64,000 nt of DNA from a virus (IMGVR_UViG_3300044611_001018); one strand, 5' to 3'. Counted from the stretch's first letter, positions 10,323 to 22,800 are shown. Numbers and translations: made by a program. Notes: generated by a model not told the origin, from the sequence alone.

Positions 10323-10550
10323 TTATTTTAATAATGATTTCAATAAATCTTTAATTTCATTAATGTCATTTTTTAAAGAGGACAAATCAGACTCAATTTG
10401 ATCCATCCTCATTTTTTCCAAAGACTTTGTTTTTTTCAAAGATTTATAATGGTCATATCCTTTTTTATCAGTATTAATAATTGCATTGCTACGAATATCT
10501 CTTACGAGATTGCTGTGATTTTCTACCTTTACGTGATAGTTGTCGTTCAT
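10323..10550 (-). CDS. Small coiled-coil hypothetical protein
   Basis: KVENHSNLVRD...AIIN...C-terminal heptad pattern; lies between the VrlC-like gene and gp13. Confidence 0.75.
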   Translation of the reverse strand: MNDNYHVKVENHSNLVRDIRSNAIINTDKKGYDHYKSLKKTKSLEKMRMDQIESDLSSLKNDINEIKDLLKSLLK

Positions 10551-10551
10551 G

Positions 10552-13500
10552 TTATGCAAGTGCAATTACTCTTAAATCTTTAATTCTTGGAGGATATGCT
10601 TGATTTGTTGAAGAACCAATTATTTTAATACTAAAGTATCTAAATTCTGGTAATCCATCAATACTAAATTCATAATCTCTAAATACCAAGTTTGCAGAAT
10701 CTGCAGATAAAATGTCAGTTTTTGGTACATTTTTATCTGGTTTACCACTATTTTGACCCACATTAATAATATTTCCATTAGTATCTAAATTATCATATCC
10801 AGGGAATGGATAATAAATTGGTTCAACAGATGGATCATTACTAATTGAATAGAGTACTCTTACATCATTATATGTGTTAACATATGCAGCAAATATAACT
10901 TTTATTGAAGTAGCTGCATTTTCCAATTCAACTGGTTTATTTGCATATATGAATGCTGATGGATCTTCTGTAATAGAGGAAACTCTAGGGTCATTTATAT
11001 AATCTGTTATTTGACTATCAATTCTATTTGATATAAGAACCATACCAATTCTATCAAGGTCAATAACAGGAGAGATTTTTGGATTTGAAGTTGATAATGT
11101 AAATGTTAACTCCATTGACTTATTTCCTGGGAAATTAGTTGTTTGAGTTAATTCATTGACTCTAGATGCAATTATTCTTGGTTCTGGTAAATATGTATCC
11201 TCACTTAAATTAATTGGAGTTGCCTCTGTTTCGACAAATGAGATTTCATTACCATCAACACTTGTACCAGTAATTCCTTTTAAAGTTGCCTTAACTGATG
11301 TTCCAGGTAAAACCATAGTTTGAACTATTGGATTTACAGTTTCATATTGTATATTTTGTGTTGCTTGAATAGCATCTCCACCACTAGACTTCGATGAATT
11401 AATATAAAGTTTAGGGAAGGAAGACCCAGAACTTCTATCTATTCCATTTTCACTTGTGTTAATTCTAATATAATAACTATCAAGGTCTACTGGTCTTTCA
11501 ACTAAAGCATCTTGTAAATAATGGAGTTTATTGATTCTTCTTAATGAAATGCCATTGTTTTCATATTTTTGAATACTAGTTCTGTTTGGATAACTGAATG
11601 CTCCAGTTCCCTCAACAGATCTTGTAATACCAATTAATTGACCATTTGCAACACCAGTATATGAAATAATTTCATTATCCAAAAGTGCATATCCTGGATT
11701 TGTGGCACCAATTGATACATTTTCAAATACTTCAAATCCAGTAGTATTTGCAATACTAATCGGACCAGAGTCGGAATTATTATAATCAGCAGTTAATACT
11801 GTTGGTTTAGAATCTCCTTTAACGCCACTAATTCTAACAACGTTTGTTGTAGAGTGCATAGCATGATTCTTATGATTTATTTTAATATGTAAACCATCTT
11901 CAGAAAGAGATGCTAATTCAAAATCGTTTATAACAGAGTTTGACCCAGTAGCATTTAATATTGTAGTTATTCCTGTGGTAGGACTTATATATTGTAATGG
12001 TTTAGAAGCATTAATTTCAAATTCTCCCTGAACATTATCGAGTATTAATTGATTTGCTCCAACAACATTTGATAAAGATAATTGAAGATTTCTACCTAAA
12101 GAATCATTTCCAATTGAAGGAACTGTCAACACGTCTCCAATTTGATATCCATATCCACCATCTCGTATTGTTGCTGCAAGAGCAACTCCATTTACTCCAC
12201 TTGCCTGTCCAATGGTAATATCTGCAGTAGCATTTTTACCATTTCCACTAAAAGAACTTAGTGGTACATTATTAAATGTGAATGATGTACCATTCGATGG
12301 AGTATAACCAATACCAGCATTAATAATAACTAATGAACCAGTTGCAGATCCTCCTACACCAACATAATCACCTCTAGCAGTAGTATTTTGTTGAATAATA
12401 GTATTTCCAAGAACTAATGGAGATGTGTTGATAATATTATTTGTGCTAATAATAAGTTTTTTAGCATCAAATTCCAAAGCGTCCTTAACTAAGGTTGCAA
12501 TTTGCTTATTACCAGTATTTAATTCTGGATTATAGAATGATACTGTTCCTGATTCTTCTATAAACGATGCTGAATAAAGATTAAACTTTAAATCTTCATA
12601 TTGGCTTGGTGTCCATGATGATCCATTTTGAGATTTAAATAATGACCCCAAATATGGTTGAGCAGAAACAATAACTTGTCTAGATTCTGGTTGAAGTAAT
12701 GTAGAAATATCAGTCTCTCCCATTCTTGAAATCCAAACTGTGTATTCGTTTGAATTTGACAGCAATACGACAGCATGATCTGTATTTGTATGCAGATATA
12801 CTGGTGATGGGAAATTAACCCTAGTTGGTCTAGTAGCGTCAAATGTTTCAATAACATCATCAGATTCTACAACTGCTTCTCCAAAAGGATATATTTGGTC
12901 AGAAGGAACTCCATTAACCATAGGACGCAACTGAACAGTTACTGGCAGTAATGGGTCTTTAGTTCTGAAATAAAGATCTACTCCCGTAATGAATGCTCCA
13001 GCCTCATCATTAACTGTAAATGATTGTGCAAGAGGATCTTTTCCACCCCTTGGTCTTGGGGGATCGGGTGGATTTCTTGGCGGTGGTGGTGGCGGTGGTG
13101 GTGGCGGCGGTGGTGGCGGCGTGGGTGGTCTAGGTGTAACTGGAGTTCCTGGGAAACTAACTTGAGGTGTTGGTGGTGGTGGAGATGGAGATGGTGGTGG
13201 TGGTGGAGGTGGTGGTGGAAGCGGCGTAATACTTTGGGTAGTAGAGTTACTAACTGTAGTTGTTGATTGAACATCAGTAGCGGGTCTACTTTCGCTTGAA
13301 GCAACGACATCAAATCTTGGTTTTCTTGTAGATCTTATCGTTTCTTGCATATTATTAATTGTTCCAGAAGCAAAATATGCCTCTTGTCCAGAAGTTGATG
13401 TTAAACCACCTAAAGAACTATTTGAAGACTGTGATGTTAATCTAAAGATTTTTGTTCCAACTTCAAAAGATGGATTTGAAGGTAGATTGGGATCTGGTAT

Positions 13501-16500
13501 AAAGAATGAACCAAGAACGGTTCCTACATTATCACTAAACAATCTAACAGAAATAACTTCTGCTTCAGCTGAAGCACTTCTCAACCTCATTCCAGTGCGA
13601 ATAAATCCACTATATAATGATTGATTATTTTCTGCCAAAGTTCTTGTATCGACATTTAACAAAATACTAGAACTCGAATAATTTGCAGGAATAGTATAAC
13701 TTTCATCATATGGACTTGTAACAAAAATATCAGTAGGATTTGATATTGGACCATATTTATGATTAGAGTTTGCAACTCTAAATCTTATAGATGGTGTAGA
13801 ACCTGTTGTTGCTGTTGTAGAACCAGTTGTCATGGTTCCAGTAACTAATTCGCCTACAGTAAATGAACCACTAAGCATTCTAATTTCAATTAGTTTTGGA
13901 ATAATAAAATTGTTTACATCTTCACCATCAAAAAATCCATAGAGTCTTGTATATGGTCTAAATTTCCTACCAGTGAATTCAATATTTCTAGACCTCATAA
14001 ATGGAATTGTTGAGGTACTTACAACTCTATCCCCTTCATTTGTAGTTTGTACTTGCTCAGAAACTCTAAGTTGACTTCCAGATCTATTTTCTGTGCCCGT
14101 TCTTGTTGTAGTAACAACTGTTGTAGTTTGTAATTGATTTGTAGTTACTAAAGCACTACCAGTATTTTGTGTACTAGAACCAGTTACAACAGTATTGCTA
14201 GTTGTCGATGTACTAGATCCTGTCCAAGTAGATTGCCATGCTCCCCATCTAATAGGACCTAAACCAGTTTGTTGATCATATCCAGCATACTCTAATTGTA
14301 ATCTGGTTTGTGTATAATCATCAACATCTATCCTAAGTGATTGTAGTCTAACCTGGTCTACCCAAATATCAGAAGATGGGAATAATTGAATATTTCCAGT
14401 ATATGTTACAACCAGGTATGGAGTAACATTTTCAACTCTTGTTGCAAAAGGTTGTGCAAATTGTAAAAATTCGCCATAATCTAGGGTAATAAGTTGACCT
14501 GTTCTCCTGATATTTGAACCAATAATATCAGTTACAAAAGCAGGATCTGCTGTTGGACTTGCTGTTGTTCCTATACCAAGAAGAGATTTTGAACCAACTA
14601 AAAGATCTATAGATGTTGTAAAGTGAGATGGTCTCAATTCAAGATTTATAGGATCGATACTATTGGTAACTTTACCAATTTTAAGTTGAGATTTAGTTCC
14701 ACTAAAATTATCTACATAAATTCCAGATTTAAATCTTGTCAGACCACTTTCATCAGGAATGAATAAAGATTCTGTTTTGGATTCTAAAATTGATAACGCT
14801 GTATAATATTCTAAATTTTTAATTCTATCTTCAAGTAAAGAGATATCTTGCATTCTATATCTCTTATGGGCATTTAATGATACTTGCACATTTTCTGTGC
14901 TACAAATATAAGGTGGCAGATTTATTGTAGCAACTTCAAGAGAGTCTTCTAAAGCAATTGGAGGTAAAGGAGTTTCGGAAGGAACTCCTTTAATCAATTG
15001 AAATCCACCATCAATCTTCAAGAACAGTTTATCAATTCTTGGCAAATAGTGTGAATATGTAAGGATGATTGATTCATCCGAAGCTAAAATATTTTTAGAT
15101 GAATTAGTTGCATCTTCAAATGCTCTAGAGGAAAATTCAAATGGAGAATAACTAGTTGAACTTGAATTAAATTTACGAACTCTTGGACGTATATCAAGTA
15201 CATCAGTTAATCTTTCATTATTTTTAATTAATGGCAAATCACAATAATTAAATTGGTTATAAGAAGAAACTGTTGTAATATCTCCTTCTGTAGAATCACT
15301 ATAAGTTGCAGACTCATATATAACTCTTAACTTTCTTCTTGGTTCTTTAGTATTTGGTTTTCTTACCAACCTAGAATAATCACAAATAGTTTCTCTTTGA
15401 CCAGAATCCAAAGTAAACCTATCAATAATATTTTCATCCCCAGGATCAAAATCATTTATAGAACCAGAAATTCCACTAGTCTCAGACCTAATTACCTCAC
15501 CAATTTCAAATCTAAGGTCATTTAGATATACTAATCCTATGGTAGAAGTTCCAACTTTTTCAACATAAAGTGCTACAGCACCACTTGTAGTTCCTATTAA
15601 TTCTTCGCCAACAATAAAGTCATCAACCTTTCCAGTTGGACCATCAAGATTAAATAAACTTATAGAGGGTAGAGTGGGATTATTTGTATCATTTGCCTCA
15701 TAAACAGCATACACTTTAGTTACATCTGGTTCAAGTAAACAAATTTCTTTATCTTGAACTCGTAAACCATACCCAAAACTACCATATTCTAATCCATCAT
15801 CTAAAGTAGTTGAACCAATTCCAGATGCAGAAAGTATAGACTTATTAACAATAACTGAACCAGTTCTGTTTAAAGATTTTACCTTATTAGTTACATTTAT
15901 TTTACTAAGTGTTGCGATTAATCTTGCAGAACCAGAAACATTCAAACCAAATATTCTTAATTCTTTTCCACCATTACTAAATCTAAATTTATCTTCAGTT
16001 AGTTCCTCAAATCCACCAGTAGAATTTATTAAAACATATCTTTCTTCATCAAATGGTAAAAAGGTTTCATTTGACCCTGCTTGAATTGTATTAGTTGCAT
16101 TTGCAGTAATAATAACATTAAATTCTTTTCTAATTGATAATGTAGATTTTGTTAGATCGACATTAGCAATGAATTTTTTAGGTAATGGTGTATATAATGA
16201 ATTGTCTATGGATGATCTTAAATTTGCTCCAATTAAACTAAAATTATTGACTGATATTGAAGACGTTGGAAGTCCACCATCATTGATATTTGCAACTGTA
16301 GTTATCCCAGCAATAACAATAGAATTACTGCTATTAATACTGGAAATTCTGGCATATGTTTTTACATTTGTGCTTCCTAAAAGTGGATTGCTAAATGATA
16401 CCAAATCCCCAACTTTAGCAATAGTTCTAAAATCAAAATCAGAACTAGTTACAGTAGACACTCCTGGAGCAGTTCCAGATTTTGCAGAGATACTAACTCC

Positions 16501-18207
16501 ACCAATTGAAAAAATATCAGATAATTTTGTATCTCCATTAAATGTTTGCCCAGTTCCAACAGAACTATAAAGAGACTTAACATCAGATATTTTATACTCT
16601 ACAGGAGAGGTAACTATTCTATTACTATCAATACCATTAAATATTAGTTTTTCCCCATTAATAAAAGATCCATTTGTACAATATGCAGTAACAATTCCTG
16701 TAGTTGTATTAAATTTTAAATGTCCTGTTGCTCCACTTGACTTTCCAACTATAAAAGTTGGAACATTCAATGTTATTGGTTCATTCAAAGTTAAATCAGT
16801 ATATGTTTGGATATCATATAATGAGATGTCCCATTCATTTAGGTCACCGACAACAGATGAATATGAACCAGACTCTAAAGCATAATCATAAACTCTGGCA
16901 ACTCCTATTTCTTTTCCCGAAGCAGTTGTTGAAGTAACACCTATTCTAGAGTCCCTTAAACTAATTACTGATGATGTACTAAATCCAATTCTAGGAGCAC
17001 CAATAACCCTATTTAAAGATAGTGTGGGACCAGTGTAATAATTAACTGCTTGATCTTCTAAAGTTTTAGTTGTTCTTGTTTTCTCAAAATCCAAATAATG
17101 TATAGTTCTTGAATCTACTTCAAATCCCCGAATAAAAGCTTTTCCTGGAGATATTTTATATGTTCCTAACTCTTCTGCTGGAATATTATTATTGTACGTT
17201 AACTGACCTTTTAAAAATATGCCGTTATTGCCCTTTCTATTATTTAAAGACTCTCTAGCAGTAATAGAAAATGGTTTTACATAAAAATTACCAGATTCAT
17301 TGTAAGTTCTTCTTGCTAACTCTTGTGCTAACTCATTATATTGAGATTTATCTTCAATATGTTGTATATTACCTTGTCTTAATACTAAGAGTTCAACAAA
17401 ATTCTCATTTTTTTCAGATTCTAATGGTTTTTTTGTTAAAACTGCAGTTATTTTTAATCTATCTGCGCCAGGAGCTGCGAAATTATTAAATCCTTTAGCA
17501 TTATCTGTAAGACTTGAATCTAATCCAGATGTTACAATTTCTTCAAATATTTCTAAACCAACTCTGTAAGTTGGAAATTGACCATGTGCATCAAGAATTA
17601 ATGTTTGTGGAAATACTTTTACAAATGTTCCTCTAAGATAGTATACACCCTCAGATAAAAATACTGCAGAACCTATTGAAGTTGAATCAACTGCCGCAGT
17701 AATTCCAAATCCTTGTCCTGCCTGAAAATTTATAATCGAAGTTGAAAGATTTGATTCCAAAGATAAAACTTCATTATCATCAAAAACTTCTTTCCCATCT
17801 ATACCAGTAGATACATAACTAACAAATAAAGTGTAGTAACCTCTAGTAGAATATTCTGGACCAACAGTGGAAACAATTTTTGCTTTTACATTAGAAGATT
17901 GACCTCTAATGTAGACATTAACAAGGTTAATTGCATAACTGGAAATTGGTATTCCAAGGTACTCCTTCTCAATTTCTACAGCAAAAAGTGTATTGTTATA
18001 ATTAATTTGACCTGGAATTACTACAGATCCTTCCTTAAACAAATGAGTTCCGACTTGCTCAATTTGATTTTGGAGAATTGATTGTAAAGAAGTTAATTCC
18101 CTAGATTGAACTGGCAATCCTGGTTTAAAAAGTACTTTATAATATCCTTTGTTTGGATCAAAGTCATCAAAATATGGAGATACATTTAAATTAGTTTCTT
18201 GTGGCAT
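10552..18207 (-). CDS. Large virion structural protein, VrlC-like
   Basis: 2551 aa; N-term TNLNVSPYFDDFD...VLFKPG.PVQ.RELT.LQS.LQNQ, ELARRT..ESG.F.V, KDPLAQSF, SLFKSQN motifs typical of VrlC-like myovirus proteins; contains a poly-Pro linker. Confidence 0.85.
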   Translation of the reverse strand: MPQETNLNVSPYFDDFDPNKGYYKVLFKPGLPVQSRELTSLQSILQNQIEQVGTHLFKEGSVVIPGQINYNNTLFAVEIEKEYLGIPISSYAINLVNVYIRGQSSNVKAKIVSTVGPEYSTRGYYTLFVSYVSTGIDGKEVFDDNEVLSLESNLSTSIINFQAGQGFGITAAVDSTSIGSAVFLSEGVYYLRGTFVKVFPQTLILDAHGQFPTYRVGLEIFEEIVTSGLDSSLTDNAKGFNNFAAPGADRLKITAVLTKKPLESEKNENFVELLVLRQGNIQHIEDKSQYNELAQELARRTYNESGNFYVKPFSITARESLNNRKGNNGIFLKGQLTYNNNIPAEELGTYKISPGKAFIRGFEVDSRTIHYLDFEKTRTTKTLEDQAVNYYTGPTLSLNRVIGAPRIGFSTSSVISLRDSRIGVTSTTASGKEIGVARVYDYALESGSYSSVVGDLNEWDISLYDIQTYTDLTLNEPITLNVPTFIVGKSSGATGHLKFNTTTGIVTAYCTNGSFINGEKLIFNGIDSNRIVTSPVEYKISDVKSLYSSVGTGQTFNGDTKLSDIFSIGGVSISAKSGTAPGVSTVTSSDFDFRTIAKVGDLVSFSNPLLGSTNVKTYARISSINSSNSIVIAGITTVANINDGGLPTSSISVNNFSLIGANLRSSIDNSLYTPLPKKFIANVDLTKSTLSIRKEFNVIITANATNTIQAGSNETFLPFDEERYVLINSTGGFEELTEDKFRFSNGGKELRIFGLNVSGSARLIATLSKINVTNKVKSLNRTGSVIVNKSILSASGIGSTTLDDGLEYGSFGYGLRVQDKEICLLEPDVTKVYAVYEANDTNNPTLPSISLFNLDGPTGKVDDFIVGEELIGTTSGAVALYVEKVGTSTIGLVYLNDLRFEIGEVIRSETSGISGSINDFDPGDENIIDRFTLDSGQRETICDYSRLVRKPNTKEPRRKLRVIYESATYSDSTEGDITTVSSYNQFNYCDLPLIKNNERLTDVLDIRPRVRKFNSSSTSYSPFEFSSRAFEDATNSSKNILASDESIILTYSHYLPRIDKLFLKIDGGFQLIKGVPSETPLPPIALEDSLEVATINLPPYICSTENVQVSLNAHKRYRMQDISLLEDRIKNLEYYTALSILESKTESLFIPDESGLTRFKSGIYVDNFSGTKSQLKIGKVTNSIDPINLELRPSHFTTSIDLLVGSKSLLGIGTTASPTADPAFVTDIIGSNIRRTGQLITLDYGEFLQFAQPFATRVENVTPYLVVTYTGNIQLFPSSDIWVDQVRLQSLRIDVDDYTQTRLQLEYAGYDQQTGLGPIRWGAWQSTWTGSSTSTTSNTVVTGSSTQNTGSALVTTNQLQTTTVVTTTRTGTENRSGSQLRVSEQVQTTNEGDRVVSTSTIPFMRSRNIEFTGRKFRPYTRLYGFFDGEDVNNFIIPKLIEIRMLSGSFTVGELVTGTMTTGSTTATTGSTPSIRFRVANSNHKYGPISNPTDIFVTSPYDESYTIPANYSSSSILLNVDTRTLAENNQSLYSGFIRTGMRLRSASAEAEVISVRLFSDNVGTVLGSFFIPDPNLPSNPSFEVGTKIFRLTSQSSNSSLGGLTSTSGQEAYFASGTINNMQETIRSTRKPRFDVVASSESRPATDVQSTTTVSNSTTQSITPLPPPPPPPPPSPSPPPPTPQVSFPGTPVTPRPPTPPPPPPPPPPPPPPRNPPDPPRPRGGKDPLAQSFTVNDEAGAFITGVDLYFRTKDPLLPVTVQLRPMVNGVPSDQIYPFGEAVVESDDVIETFDATRPTRVNFPSPVYLHTNTDHAVVLLSNSNEYTVWISRMGETDISTLLQPESRQVIVSAQPYLGSLFKSQNGSSWTPSQYEDLKFNLYSASFIEESGTVSFYNPELNTGNKQIATLVKDALEFDAKKLIISTNNIINTSPLVLGNTIIQQNTTARGDYVGVGGSATGSLVIINAGIGYTPSNGTSFTFNNVPLSSFSGNGKNATADITIGQASGVNGVALAATIRDGGYGYQIGDVLTVPSIGNDSLGRNLQLSLSNVVGANQLILDNVQGEFEINASKPLQYISPTTGITTILNATGSNSVINDFELASLSEDGLHIKINHKNHAMHSTTNVVRISGVKGDSKPTVLTADYNNSDSGPISIANTTGFEVFENVSIGATNPGYALLDNEIISYTGVANGQLIGITRSVEGTGAFSYPNRTSIQKYENNGISLRRINKLHYLQDALVERPVDLDSYYIRINTSENGIDRSSGSSFPKLYINSSKSSGGDAIQATQNIQYETVNPIVQTMVLPGTSVKATLKGITGTSVDGNEISFVETEATPINLSEDTYLPEPRIIASRVNELTQTTNFPGNKSMELTFTLSTSNPKISPVIDLDRIGMVLISNRIDSQITDYINDPRVSSITEDPSAFIYANKPVELENAATSIKVIFAAYVNTYNDVRVLYSISNDPSVEPIYYPFPGYDNLDTNGNIINVGQNSGKPDKNVPKTDILSADSANLVFRDYEFSIDGLPEFRYFSIKIIGSSTNQAYPPRIKDLRVIALA

Positions 18208-18216
18208 GATTCTCTA

Positions 18217-19800
18217 TTAAAATTGCAAAATAACTTTGATATCTTCTCTTTGATTCACAGACCTGGTAATGGATGGTCTATTATCAACATATAAAATGGT
18301 TCCAGAATATTTTTGAACTTCTGGTGATGCTATACCTTTGATAAAAGTTTGACCCAAGTAGTAGGTCTTATTATTTATCACAGTACTGATACCAGGATTA
18401 CTATCAGTTCCAAATCCATCATCAATATAAAGATCTTTAGAACCTCCAACAATTCTTAAGGAACCTCCAGCAGTAATAGTTGGCGTAAAACCATTAAGTT
18501 TATAACCATAAGTTGGATTTAATTTTTGAGTTCCATCTGTGTTAAATCCAACCAATGATCTATCTTGCCAATACTTCAATACTCCAGTTTGAGCATCATA
18601 AGATACCACTCTACCAATAGCTGTGGCACCTGTTCCGACAGTTTGAGTAATATATGAATTTTGTATAAAAGTAGTCAACTTGTAATCATCAACATTTGGT
18701 GCAAGACCCTTTAATTTTATTGCATATAAAGAACTGACCCTATCTTCAGTAATTACTGTAGAAGACTCAAAAGCTTGTGGATTTTCAACAATACCAATCC
18801 TTGCAATAGAAGTTCCTGTCACAAAGTCTGGATTTTGCTCATCATTTTCAATTCTTGAATAAATCAAGACATTTGTTGCACCCAACTCTTTATATACATC
18901 ATACCCATGCCCACCAGGAGGCGGAATAATTACATCAAACACTGGTGTAAGAGACCCAGTAGGAACGTTGCCTCCAATTAAATCAATGCTTGCGTAAGTA
19001 TATCCACTTCCCCCATTGGAAATTGTTACTGATTCTACTTTTGCGTCATTGTTAACTACAATTGTACATTCTGCACCATTACCATCACCTTTAATTGGAA
19101 CTCTTGTGTACGTTGTATTTGGAGGACCAACCAAGTATCCTCTATTTTTTATAGTAACAGTCTTTAATTGTCCACTTGTTTCTGCATTATTTCTAATCGT
19201 CACATAATCAGAATTAGTTTCCCAATCAACTGGTAGTGGAATAAAATTCAAGGAATCAAACTTAATAACATCACTTGGACTGATTGTATAAAGATACTTC
19301 CAAACATATCCATCACCACTGGTTCCAGCAGCTCTTGGTTCTAAATCCGTAAATTTTGGTTCATCGAGAGATGGTTTTCCATTGGGATTTTCTGGGTCAA
19401 TTCCATTATTTAAACAAATATAAACTCTAAATTCACTATTTACTACAAAATAATTTGAGGAATATAAACTTGTTTTATTTGATGGTTTAGATAAGTTATT
19501 TCTATTAACATCATGTCTGTACATATCATAAATTGTTGCTGAAGCCCATTGTATCTTTCTAACAACTGGTCTAATGTCATCGGCAGCAATTTTTTTCAAA
19601 GCAATCATAGTATCCCAATAAAAATTGGTATCATCAAAACAATCTCTTGGAGATGGTGGAGTAGTATTCCAATTATCTTGTACTTCAGTTGCGTTGGGCA
19701 ATCCAATAAAAGTATAATAGGAATTGCTAGGGTCTCTAATTTTATCAATAAAACTTCTAGCGTTCTTAACTCTCAATAAATCAGTTATAATTGCTGCCAT
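18217..19800 (-). CDS. gp8: Baseplate wedge subunit
   Basis: YYTFIG...WDTMIALKKI...WASATIYDMY...DGYVWKYLYTI...ILYVDNRPSITRSVNQREDIKVILQF. Confidence 0.9.
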   Translation of the reverse strand: MAAIITDLLRVKNARSFIDKIRDPSNSYYTFIGLPNATEVQDNWNTTPPSPRDCFDDTNFYWDTMIALKKIAADDIRPVVRKIQWASATIYDMYRHDVNRNNLSKPSNKTSLYSSNYFVVNSEFRVYICLNNGIDPENPNGKPSLDEPKFTDLEPRAAGTSGDGYVWKYLYTISPSDVIKFDSLNFIPLPVDWETNSDYVTIRNNAETSGQLKTVTIKNRGYLVGPPNTTYTRVPIKGDGNGAECTIVVNNDAKVESVTISNGGSGYTYASIDLIGGNVPTGSLTPVFDVIIPPPGGHGYDVYKELGATNVLIYSRIENDEQNPDFVTGTSIARIGIVENPQAFESSTVITEDRVSSLYAIKLKGLAPNVDDYKLTTFIQNSYITQTVGTGATAIGRVVSYDAQTGVLKYWQDRSLVGFNTDGTQKLNPTYGYKLNGFTPTITAGGSLRIVGGSKDLYIDDGFGTDSNPGISTVINNKTYYLGQTFIKGIASPEVQKYSGTILYVDNRPSITRSVNQREDIKVILQF

Positions 19801-19828
19801 TTTAGTAATTTAAACCTTCTATATCTTA

Positions 19829-19835
19829 TATTTAT
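19829..19835 (-). promoter_or_regulatory. Late promoter ATAAATA upstream of gp8
   Basis: Plus strand TATTTAT at the gp7 stop, about 30 nt before the gp8 ATG. Confidence 0.6.
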
Positions 19836-22800
19836 TAACCAAGGTAACCCAAATATTTTAAAGAATTTTTTCTTCGTATAACTGGATTAGTGCCTATACC
19901 AGATTGCTTTGTACCATGCTGAGCTAAGAATTCAGCGGGACTTACTCTTACTGGCATATTTATTTTACCCCAAGTATATTTACCATAAAATGCTGTTGTT
20001 CCAAACCCAACTATATTACTTGGAGGATTGTTTAATAGTTTAACAACAACAGTTGTTACAGTAGTTGCAATTCCAACAGTTGAAGCTAAACCACTAATAC
20101 CAGGTGGTATAACTGCTTGTTTTGTGTACCAATGTGTACACTCAAAAGTCATATTAACAAACTGAGTAGAAATTCCTAGAATAGACCCATCACTTCTTAA
20201 AGATGTTTGTGGTGCTGTTCCAAAACCAGAATCAACGACGTTGAATAGATATCCAGTAGTAATTCCAGTCTTTGATATATTTAAACTCTTTCTAATTCTA
20301 GAATCTAGAGGAATGAATAAATCAAGTTCTAATCCTAAACATGTAGTAACTCCTGAGCATGATGTTGTTCCAACTCCAACAATAATTCCATAATCACCCT
20401 CATAATCAACTCTAATTACTTCTTCAACTGATCTTTTTGGTGGTGCAATTAAAACTGGGGGTGGTAAAATTGAAGATACGCTAAATTTCATTGGTGATCT
20501 TAATGCCCACTTTCTAGAAGTAGTTGCCAATCCAACATTGTCAAACGTATCAACATATAAAATATCTCCTACAGCATAATTTGCACCACCATTAGTAATT
20601 GATATTGAGGCAATATTAAAGTTTAATACGCTAATCTGGATATCTGCAGTTGCTCCTCTACCAATACCACTTTGAGACTTTAATTTTGCATTATAGAAAG
20701 TGTTTTGTCCAACTTGCAATGGTGGGAATCCACTACCTTGCTGTGATATTGACAATGAACCTAAAGGACCATAATAATAATTCGTTCCACCTGTTCCTAC
20801 AGTTATTGAAGTTATTGACCCCCCAGCACCAATAGTTGCAGATGCAGTTGCCTGGGTTCCAAACCCATATGGTCTCTGTACTGTTATCTCTGGAGCAATA
20901 GTATATCCATATCCAGGATTTGTTATTGTAATATTACTAATTGAACCACCAGCGCCGATTGTTGCAGTTGCAGTTGCAGTATCAAGATTTTCTTGATTAA
21001 TTATTTCTATAATTGATCTTTCTTGAAGAGGAATACCCTCAAAAGAATCATCAAATAGTGGTCTAATATTATAGACAAAGACATATGTTGATCCAATTCC
21101 AACAGATTCAATTATATTTGTACTTGGATTAATTATTGGTTCATAATAAATGCGGTCTTTACCAACAAATTCATTGTCAATAATCTTATCAACAGTTTGT
21201 TTAAACCAGCTGATTGGTCTAGAGAATAATTCATTAAGAGTTACACCTTGACCACCATAGTTATTGGTAATAATTTTATCTGCTGATACTACATCCATTA
21301 CCAATCTTTGTTCCTCTGTAAAGGTATCATCAGTATCACTGTACAATTGAACATCATCACCAACTTTAACACTTGGCAACACATCAACTGTTTTAACGTC
21401 AATTGATTGAGTTCCAGTGTACATTAAAACTTTAGCTTTATCGCCAATAGTACTAAACCCAGCGACTGCACCCTTAGGTGCTTCAGTAAATCTTAAAGTA
21501 CTTCCTCCATTAAATTGGTATCCTTCTCCTGGTGTTTGTAAGGTATCGTTTATAAAAACAAGTAAATTGGATTGTAAATTAATTCCAGAATTTGCTTTAG
21601 CAAAGAAAGATATACTTTCACCATTTATAGTTAATGGGAATAATCTTCTTCTTCCATTAAAATAAACTGAAATATCATCAAGAACAATAAACTCACCAAC
21701 ATTCCATCCAGAGAATTTACTTTGATATGTTCTATCAATTGTAAGTTCAAAGTTTTTAAACGTCGAAATTCCTGTAGTTGGAATTCCAGTTGTTCCTCCA
21801 ATAGCAACTGTTAATATCTCTCCAGAACCATACCCATATCCAAAGTTATTGATCTCAAAATTTAAAATTGTACTATCTTGACTTGGGACCAAATCAACTG
21901 TTGCTCCTGTTCCAAATCCAACAACACCTTGTTTGTAAATTAATGGTATATTGTAATAGTTTAAAGGATTGTCAAATATTACATCTAAGGGTTTTGTAAC
22001 ACTTCCACACTTTTTATAAAAATGAGTGTATGGGGATGTTCCTGAATTAATAATAAATGTATAATCATCAACAATTTTAACCACACCTGTTCCGTTTGCT
22101 GCAGGATCTTGACCAGTTGGAGAATTATTAATTTGTCTAGGAGCAATAATAATCTCTTCAACCGTTCCTCCAGAAACATATGTTAGTGGAGTAGATCCAA
22201 CTCCAACATTAAGTTCAAATTGACTTATATTATTAATTCTTGTTACTTGAGTTCCACAATAATCTGTAGTGTTTATATTTGGGTGTGTAACTATTCCAAG
22301 AGAACCTGTAAATCCTAGTCCTGTTAAAATTATATCAGTTCCAACTTTTAACTTGTGTCCAAGAGTTAAAGTTCCACCACTCACATATGAATGTGGAATT
22401 GTAGATATTCCAGAATTAAAAGTAAATGTATAATAATCTGGTGCTGAAAGAACTTTAAAGGTATTTCCCAATGGAGATACTGTTAGGTCTCCAGGGAATA
22501 TATCAGTGTTAATACCAACTTGAACTACACCACCAGAAACATAGGTGTGTGGTATGGTAGATGCCCCAACATTAACAGTAAATGAAGTTGTTGTTCCTAC
22601 TGTATTGACTGTGAAGAAATAACCTTGAGTTCCATCTGGGAATATTGTTGTGGTTACTCCTGAAGGACCTGTGCAGGAAAATTCCAATTCTCTCATTTTA
22701 AAATTATCACCTGGATTTAATCCATGATTTCCAACAATGAACACTGTAGATAAACCAGTTGTATTATCATAAATGAAATCATAAACTGCAAAGGTTTGTC

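Noticed and set aside
12978-13313. His-rich (12978-13313, -) and Trp/Arg-rich (13024-13266, +) ORFs
   Set aside because: Alternative-frame readings of the poly-Pro codons of the VrlC-like gene
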